A stretch of DNA of 64,000 nt from Gammaproteobacteria bacterium (lineage in GTDB: Bacteria; Pseudomonadota; Gammaproteobacteria; Eutrophobiales; Eutrophobiaceae), in the NCBI GenBank assembly GCA_028281365.1, contig JANQJZ010000044.1:29818-93817 (forward strand), given 5' to 3'. Positions 58,418 through 64,000 of this stretch are shown one piece after another; positions within the stretch are counted from its first letter, which is position 1; every line of letters starts with the position of its first letter. Both the position numbers and the translations under genes were made by a program. The notes beneath the pieces were generated by a model that saw only the letters and a program-made list of their open reading frames with translations, did no database searches and had not been told where the DNA came from.

Positions 58418-60202
58418 ATGACAAGCTTTTCAAACTCCCAAATAGTGCAGTGTCTACTCATATTGACACTGACTCTGGGTATTAGTGCCTGTACTACCGT
58501 TCCAACAGAACCTGCATCAGAGCAGGAAGCCGCACAAGAAACAACAGGAGCGACGCCTGAACAAAAGACAACTGCTGAAGAAGAAGCTGTTGTCAGGAAA
58601 AAGCCGGAACGACCGAAGATAGAACTGACTGAAGACATACTGTTTAAAGTATTGGTCGCGGAGGTTGCTGGTCAGCGCGGTAAAATTGATATTGCCGTAG
58701 AAAATTACCTCGACCTTGCAAGAACTACCCGGGATCCTGCTGTCATAGAACGTGCTGCCCGTATTGCTGTTTATGCACGTGATGATGTTGCAGCCCATGA
58801 GACAGCAAAACTCTGGACAGATGTTGATCCTTATAATTCTGATGCACACCAGATATTAACTGTCATGACCCTGAGAAAGGGCGATATCGATCAGGCATTA
58901 AACCATTTGGAAGTCATACTGAAAAACTCACAGGGAAAATTTGATCAGAAACTGTGGATGATTGCTAACTTTCTTGGACGGGAAGAAAACCAGTCAGCCG
59001 TATTACAGTTGATGGAACGGCTCATGGAAAACCGAATGGATGATGCCGAAGCTATGTATGCCTTTGCACATGTATCTGCCCGTATGGGTGATACCGAACG
59101 TTCTCAAGCATTACTGGAACGTGTCCTTGAGTTAAAACCTGGTAATGAGACTGCCGCAATTACCTACATCTCTTTACTTCAAAAAAAGGGAGATACAAAT
59201 AAGGCGATCGAATGGCTAGAAAATGCGTTAAAGGATAAAGAAGATGATTTTAATCTTCGTATGGCTTATGCAAGATTGTTAACCGATGCCAAACGCTTTG
59301 ACGAAGCAAGACGACAGTTTGAAATTTTATCCGTACAGGCACCAAATAATATTGATGTACTTTATGCGCTAGGTCTATTGTATTTACAGGTTAATCGCCT
59401 TGACGACGCTGAACAATACTTCACACGTTTAAGTAAATTAAAGAAGCGTGTATTCGATGCTAATTATTATCTGGGTCGAATTGCTGAAGAGAAGAAAGAT
59501 TTGGATAAGGCAAGTAATTTATATCAGGGTGTTCATGGAGGAGAAAACCATTTTGATGCGCAAATCCGGCTTAGTTTAATCCTGGCAAAACAAGGTGACG
59601 TAGATAAAGCCCTCGGTAATATTAGATCTATAGAAAATAAGAACCCGACAAACAGGCTTATCCTGATACAGGCTGAAGGTGAAATATTAACCGGAGTAAA
59701 ACGTTATACCGAAGCCATGAGTGTCTATGATAAGGCTATTGCTGAACAAAGCCATCCGGATCTATTGTATTCCCGCGCCATGTTGGCTGAGAAAATGGGT
59801 AAGCTCGACATTCTCGAAGCCGATCTAAAAACAATACTTGCTGATGACGCAGATAATGCTACAGCATTAAATGCATTGGGATATACATTGGCTGATCGAA
59901 CTGATCGATACGATGAAGCATATGAATATATAAAACGTGCATATGAATTGAGCCCCGAGGACTTTTATATTCTTGATAGCATGGGTTGGGTGTTATACCG
60001 GCTTGGTAAACTTGATGAAGCTGTCGAATTTTTAAGAAAGGCACTTGCCTTAAGGAACGATCCGGAGATAGCTGCTCATCTGGGAGAAGTACTTTGGGTT
60101 ATGGGAAATAAAGAGGCTGCCAAAGAAATCTGGGAAACAGCACTTAAAGACACACCCACTGACAACAGGTTACTGGAAGTCATCCAACGATTTAAACCGT
60201 GA
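58418..60202 (+). CDS. TPR-repeat lipoprotein (Pseudomonas PA4667-like)
   Basis: Lipobox ISACT and many TPR repeats. Conserved position between hemA and lolB. Confidence 0.7.
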   Translation: MTSFSNSQIVQCLLILTLTLGISACTTVPTEPASEQEAAQETTGATPEQKTTAEEEAVVRKKPERPKIELTEDILFKVLVAEVAGQRGKIDIAVENYLDLARTTRDPAVIERAARIAVYARDDVAAHETAKLWTDVDPYNSDAHQILTVMTLRKGDIDQALNHLEVILKNSQGKFDQKLWMIANFLGREENQSAVLQLMERLMENRMDDAEAMYAFAHVSARMGDTERSQALLERVLELKPGNETAAITYISLLQKKGDTNKAIEWLENALKDKEDDFNLRMAYARLLTDAKRFDEARRQFEILSVQAPNNIDVLYALGLLYLQVNRLDDAEQYFTRLSKLKKRVFDANYYLGRIAEEKKDLDKASNLYQGVHGGENHFDAQIRLSLILAKQGDVDKALGNIRSIENKNPTNRLILIQAEGEILTGVKRYTEAMSVYDKAIAEQSHPDLLYSRAMLAEKMGKLDILEADLKTILADDADNATALNALGYTLADRTDRYDEAYEYIKRAYELSPEDFYILDSMGWVLYRLGKLDEAVEFLRKALALRNDPEIAAHLGEVLWVMGNKEAAKEIWETALKDTPTDNRLLEVIQRFKP

Positions 60203-60792
60203 ACCGGTTAACTGGTTTTTTTCTTTTATTCTTTCTTATAGGTGGTTGTGCGCAGGCACCTGAAAAATTAAACCAGACAAATTCTTCACGCTGGCTCGAA
60301 CACCAACTTGATATAAACGCTATTGAGTCATGGCACATCAGGGGGCGCGTTGCCATTAAAAATGATAATGAAAGCGGCACCTTAACACTGCATTGGAACC
60401 AGGAAAAAAATAATTATGAACTGCGCTTCATTGCACCTTTCGGCCAGGGGACTTATATCTTAACGGGTTCCCCCGATGGCGTGATTATGCAAGGAACCGA
60501 TAACAATGTGTTGACCGCCACGACAGCTGAACAATTAATGCAGGACGTGCTTGGCTGGTCTGTGCACCTTAATGGACTTAAATATTGGGTAAGGGGGATC
60601 CCGGAACCCGATGTAAATCATGGGCAAATACTGCTCGATCAACAAGGACGCCTGGCCAACATGAACCAGGCCGGGTTTAATGTCAGCATAACACGTTACA
60701 CTAATCATAACGGTATATCATTACCTGAAAAATTATCTATCAGGAATGATAGTATTCAGCTCAAACTAATCATACAGAACTGGAATATTTAA
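60199..60792 (+). CDS. lolB: Outer-membrane lipoprotein LolB
   Basis: Lipobox IGGCA, 197 aa. Position upstream of ispE. Confidence 0.8.
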   Translation: MNRLTGFFLLFFLIGGCAQAPEKLNQTNSSRWLEHQLDINAIESWHIRGRVAIKNDNESGTLTLHWNQEKNNYELRFIAPFGQGTYILTGSPDGVIMQGTDNNVLTATTAEQLMQDVLGWSVHLNGLKYWVRGIPEPDVNHGQILLDQQGRLANMNQAGFNVSITRYTNHNGISLPEKLSIRNDSIQLKLIIQNWNI

Positions 60793-60796
60793 ATAC

Positions 60797-61651
60797 GTGC
60801 TAAGTACTGCGTGGCCTGCTCCGGCCAAACTTAATCTTTTTTTGCATATCATTGGTCAACGGCCTGACGGTTATCATTTACTACAAACCGTTTTTCAATT
60901 TATTGATCTTGTTGACTACATTGATTTCAATATTTTGAATTCAGATAAAATTGTACGCCGCTCTAGTCTCCCGGACGTAAAGCCTGAAAATGATTTAGTA
61001 ATTCAGGCTGCACATAGTCTTAAAGAATATACAAATTGCAAATTCGGAGTCGAAATCAATGTAAAAAAAAATATTCCTGTGGGAGGAGGCCTGGGTGGCG
61101 GTAGTTCCAATGCAGCCACAACCCTGCATGCTCTCAATCAATTATGGGATACAAAACTTGGTGTCGAGGAATTGGCAAGTCTTGGATTGAAATTGGGAGC
61201 AGATGTGCCCGTCTTTATTCATGCCCATGCTGCATGGGCCGAAGGGGTTGGTGAAAAACTAACCCCGATAGAACCGCAAGAAGATACTTATCTGCTTATC
61301 TATCCGGGTTGTAGTGTAAATACAGTCAGTATTTTTAGATCACCTGATTTGACACGGAATACGCCTGCAATCACAATACGCGCCTTCCTCGAAGCTGGAG
61401 GGAAGAACGATTGCGAAAGCGTTGTTCGAGACCAATACAAAGAAGTTACCAAGGCATTAGACTGGTTAAATAACTTTGCACCAGCAAGATTGACCGGGAC
61501 AGGTAGTTGTTTATTCGCTGCGTTTTCCAGTCGACAAGAGGCGTTAGAAGTTAACAAGCAACTACCAGAAAATTGGAAGGGTTATGTTGTTAATGGTATG
61601 AATCGTTCTCCATTATTAGAACGATTGGTGAAAGAATCCTCGAGTTCATAA
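60797..61651 (+). CDS. ispE: 4-diphosphocytidyl-2-C-methyl-D-erythritol kinase
   Basis: GHMP kinase motif PVGGGLGGGSSNAA. Confidence 0.9.
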   Translation: MLSTAWPAPAKLNLFLHIIGQRPDGYHLLQTVFQFIDLVDYIDFNILNSDKIVRRSSLPDVKPENDLVIQAAHSLKEYTNCKFGVEINVKKNIPVGGGLGGGSSNAATTLHALNQLWDTKLGVEELASLGLKLGADVPVFIHAHAAWAEGVGEKLTPIEPQEDTYLLIYPGCSVNTVSIFRSPDLTRNTPAITIRAFLEAGGKNDCESVVRDQYKEVTKALDWLNNFAPARLTGTGSCLFAAFSSRQEALEVNKQLPENWKGYVVNGMNRSPLLERLVKESSSS

Positions 61652-61686
61652 ACAAGTTTATTCGCATATTAAAAACAAGATCATGA

Positions 61687-61762
61687 TGGGGTATAGCCAA
61701 GTTGGTAAGGCACAGGGTTTTGATCCCTGCATTCCCAGGTTCGAGTCCTGGTACCCCAGCCA
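61687..61762 (+). tRNA. tRNA-Gln (anticodon TTG), 76 nt with encoded CCA
   Basis: Near-identical to E. coli tRNA-Gln. 7-bp acceptor stem TGGGGTA/TACCCCA, anticodon loop cTTTGat and T-arm GGTTCGAGTCC. Confidence 0.9.
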
Positions 61763-61794
61763 ATTTTTTTAATTGTCTGGAGAAAATTAAACTA

Positions 61795-62748
61795 ATGTCT
61801 ATTTCCAATATGATGATTTTCAGCGGTAATGCTAACCCGAAGCTTGCACTGGAATCTGCCGAGTATCTGAATATGCCGCTGGGCAAGATCTCGGTTGGAA
61901 GGTTCAGTGATGGCGAGGTTATGGTCGAAATCAATGAAAATGTCAGGGGCCGGGATGTCTATATCATGCAGCCAATATGTGCACCGACCAATGACAATCT
62001 GATGGAATTACTGGTCATGTCTGATGCAATCAGGCGTGCCTCAGCAACCCGTATCACTGCTGTCATTCCTTATCTTGGCTATGCGCGCCAGGATCGACGT
62101 TCACGTTCATCCCGGGTCCCGATTACGGCCAAGGTTGTCGCCAATATGATTACATCTACAGGGATAGACAGGGTATTAACCGTTGACCTGCATGCTGACC
62201 AGATCCAGGGGTTTTTTGATATTCCGCTCGATAATGTTTACGGCTCACCTGTGCTTTTGGGCGACTTATGGAAGCACAAATACCCTGATTTAATGGTTGT
62301 TTCTCCCGATGTCGGTGGTGTAGTTCGCGCGAGGGCCCTGGCAAAGCGCCTGGATGATACCGAACTGGCGATTATTGATAAACGTCGTCCGAACCCAAAT
62401 GAATCTGAAGTGATGAATATTATCGGTGATGTCGATGGCCGAACCTGCGTGATTATTGACGATTTGGTCGATACCGCCGGGACACTATGTAATGCAGCAG
62501 GGGCATTGAAGGATTTTGGCGCAAAAAAGGTCGTCGCTTATTGTACGCATGCGGTCCTTTCAGGCAATGCTGTGAAGAATATAGACAATTCAAGACTTGA
62601 TGAATTGGTTGTAACAGATACAATTCCACTCCGCTCAGAGGCAGCAACCTGTGAGCGGATTCGTCAACTCAGCGTTGCAGCGATGCTTGCTGAGAGTATG
62701 AGACGAATCGCCGAGGGAGAATCCTTAAGCTCGATGTTTCTGGATTAA
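61795..62748 (+). CDS. prs: Ribose-phosphate pyrophosphokinase (start at ATG 61795; the listed ORF start 61702 lies inside the tRNA)
   Basis: PRPP synthetase motifs with GGAGAAA RBS before [11 protein letters not shown]. Confidence 0.9.
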   Translation: MSISNMMIFSGNANPKLALESAEYLNMPLGKISVGRFSDGEVMVEINENVRGRDVYIMQPICAPTNDNLMELLVMSDAIRRASATRITAVIPYLGYARQDRRSRSSRVPITAKVVANMITSTGIDRVLTVDLHADQIQGFFDIPLDNVYGSPVLLGDLWKHKYPDLMVVSPDVGGVVRARALAKRLDDTELAIIDKRRPNPNESEVMNIIGDVDGRTCVIIDDLVDTAGTLCNAAGALKDFGAKKVVAYCTHAVLSGNAVKNIDNSRLDELVVTDTIPLRSEAATCERIRQLSVAAMLAESMRRIAEGESLSSMFLD

Positions 62749-62825
62749 TCCATTGGCAAAGGTTCTCCGAATTGGTCGCGATCCGGAGAGGCATAAAAAC
62801 GTAACTATTAAGGAGTCATTCTAAA

Positions 62826-63530
62826 ATGAATCAATTTGAGCTCGTCGCCGAAACGCGCGAGGATGTAGGGAAAGGTGCGAGCCGCCGCCTACGCCGCGCT
62901 GGCAAAATACCCGGCATCGTCTATGGGACTGATAAAGATGCCACCATGATTACACTGGATCACAATGAACTTATGCATCAGCTTGATCATGAAGCTTTCT
63001 ATTCTCACATTTTAAGTCTGAAGATAGGTAAAAAGGCTGCAGAAAAGGTTGTATTGAAAGATCTGCAACGCCACCCATATAAACGTGCTGTAATGCATGT
63101 CGATCTGCAACGCATCAATGAGAATGAATCATTGACCATGCGTATTCCGCTACATTACATCAACGAAGATAAATGTATTGGCGTAAAACAGGATGGAGGT
63201 GTCGTTAGTCACCTTATCACAGAAATTGATATTGTTTGCTTGCCTAAAGACCTGCCTGAATTTATTGAAGTCGATATGCATAATGTTGAACTTAATGAGA
63301 CGGTTCAACTTTCAGACCTGAAACTTCCAGAAGGTGTTGAGCTTTATAGCTTGTTGCACGGCGGGGACGACACACAGGCTATTGCAACTGTGCATCTGCC
63401 TAAGGCTGTTGAAATAGAAGAAGAGATCGAAGGCATTGAAGGCGTTGAAGGCGTTGAGGCGGAAGAAGGTGCCGTTGCTGCAGTAGAACCCGCACCTGAA
63501 GAGGCACCTTCAGAGGACAGCGAAAGCTGA
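62826..63530 (+). CDS. rplY: 50S ribosomal protein L25 / general stress protein Ctc
   Basis: L25 family with acidic C-terminal tail, 234 aa. Confidence 0.85.
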   Translation: MNQFELVAETREDVGKGASRRLRRAGKIPGIVYGTDKDATMITLDHNELMHQLDHEAFYSHILSLKIGKKAAEKVVLKDLQRHPYKRAVMHVDLQRINENESLTMRIPLHYINEDKCIGVKQDGGVVSHLITEIDIVCLPKDLPEFIEVDMHNVELNETVQLSDLKLPEGVELYSLLHGGDDTQAIATVHLPKAVEIEEEIEGIEGVEGVEAEEGAVAAVEPAPEEAPSEDSES

Positions 63531-63551
63531 GCCTGTTAGCAGGCCAGGCTG

Positions 63552-64000
63552 TTGTCAGCTTCCATAAAATTAATAGTGGGCCTGGGTAATCCAGGCCCGG
63601 AACATCTATTAACTCGACATAATGCCGGATTCTGGTTCGTTGATGCCCTTGTAAATAAATTATCTTTAAATTTATCCGTAGATAAAAAATTCCAGTCGGA
63701 AATTTGTCGTTATCAATCTGATAATATTGATTGCTGGATATGTAAACCACAAACTTATATGAACGAAAGTGGTACTTCTGTGCAATCTCTACTTGCCTAT
63801 TACAAGATCCCGATAGAACAAATGCTTGTCATTCATGATGAAATTGATCTTGATGTTGGCACTATACGTTTCAAAAGTGGCGGCGGTCATGGCGGAAATA
63901 ATGGCATCAGGGATATCATCACGAAAACAGGTAATAATAATTTTAATAGACTACGAATAGGTATCGGACACCCTGGAGATCCGAATCAGGTTTCGTCATA
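63552..64000 (+). CDS. pth: Peptidyl-tRNA hydrolase (5' part; likely TTG start at 63552; continues past window)
   Basis: SIKLIVGLGNPGPEHLLTRHNAGFWFVDAL matches the Pth N-terminus. Confidence 0.8.
   Translation, partial: MSASIKLIVGLGNPGPEHLLTRHNAGFWFVDALVNKLSLNLSVDKKFQSEICRYQSDNIDCWICKPQTYMNESGTSVQSLLAYYKIPIEQMLVIHDEIDLDVGTIRFKSGGGHGGNNGIRDIITKTGNNNFNRLRIGIGHPGDPNQVSS

Noticed and set aside
58282-58849. Two overlapping minus-strand ORFs (118 and 110 aa)
   Set aside because: They are antisense to the start of the TPR lipoprotein gene and to the hemA/TPR divergent promoter. Cys- and Phe-rich junk translations.
63421-63530. Tandem GAAGGCGTTGAAGGCGTTGAGGCG repeats near the 3' end of rplY
   Set aside because: They encode the acidic EGIEGVEGVEAEEG tail typical of L25/Ctc. 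This is a coding low-complexity repeat, not a regulatory or CRISPR-like element.
63400-63750. 116-aa minus-strand ORF
   Set aside because: Antisense to the rplY C-terminus, the intergenic gap and the pth start, all of which are strongly supported.
1-64000. Search for CRISPR arrays, integrases, transposases, IS inverted repeats and prophage remnants
   Set aside because: No regularly spaced direct repeats and no recombinase or transposase ORFs were seen. The left-edge island therefore has no identifiable mobility gene inside the window, although one could lie beyond position 1.

Overview
The window is about 64 kb of chromosome from a low-GC (roughly 40% by eye) gammaproteobacterium whose gene order closely follows Pseudomonas (gshB, TonB-like, algH, ruvX, pyrR, pyrB, pyrC'; hemA, TPR lipoprotein, lolB, ispE, tRNA-Gln, prs, rplY, pth). 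Most of it is core housekeeping. That includes the pyrimidine operon with an inactive DHOase-like PyrC', hemCDXY, hemA-prfA-prmC, purEK, uvrD, msbA, gshB, phosphoribulokinase, phrB, dsbA, cytochrome c4/c5, prlC, xthA and rpmE. Four regions stand out. (1) The left edge (1-2500) is a small accessory island: a HigB/HigA-like toxin-antitoxin pair with an operator-embedded leaderless promoter, followed by three co-directional uncharacterised genes. Two of these are anchored by a single N-terminal TM helix and one carries a coiled coil plus a C-terminal DUF4145/HEPN-like R-x4-H motif. This is my best candidate for an undescribed (defence or abortive-infection-like) system. (2) A pmbA-MoxR-DUF58-transglutaminase-GGDEF block. 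(3) A Fur-box-studded iron cluster, bfr-bfd-porin-FMN_bind/PepSY_TM-fbpABC, that may encode an extracytoplasmic flavin-dependent ferric reductase. (4) Several unannotated or odd items: a 24-aa orphan pqqA with its own RBS and terminator; an engB gene with a 1-nt frameshift and no canonical start; a GC-rich triple-hairpin element; an orphan gcvH; and a ParA-like ATPase next to prk. No CRISPR array, integrase or transposase was seen.
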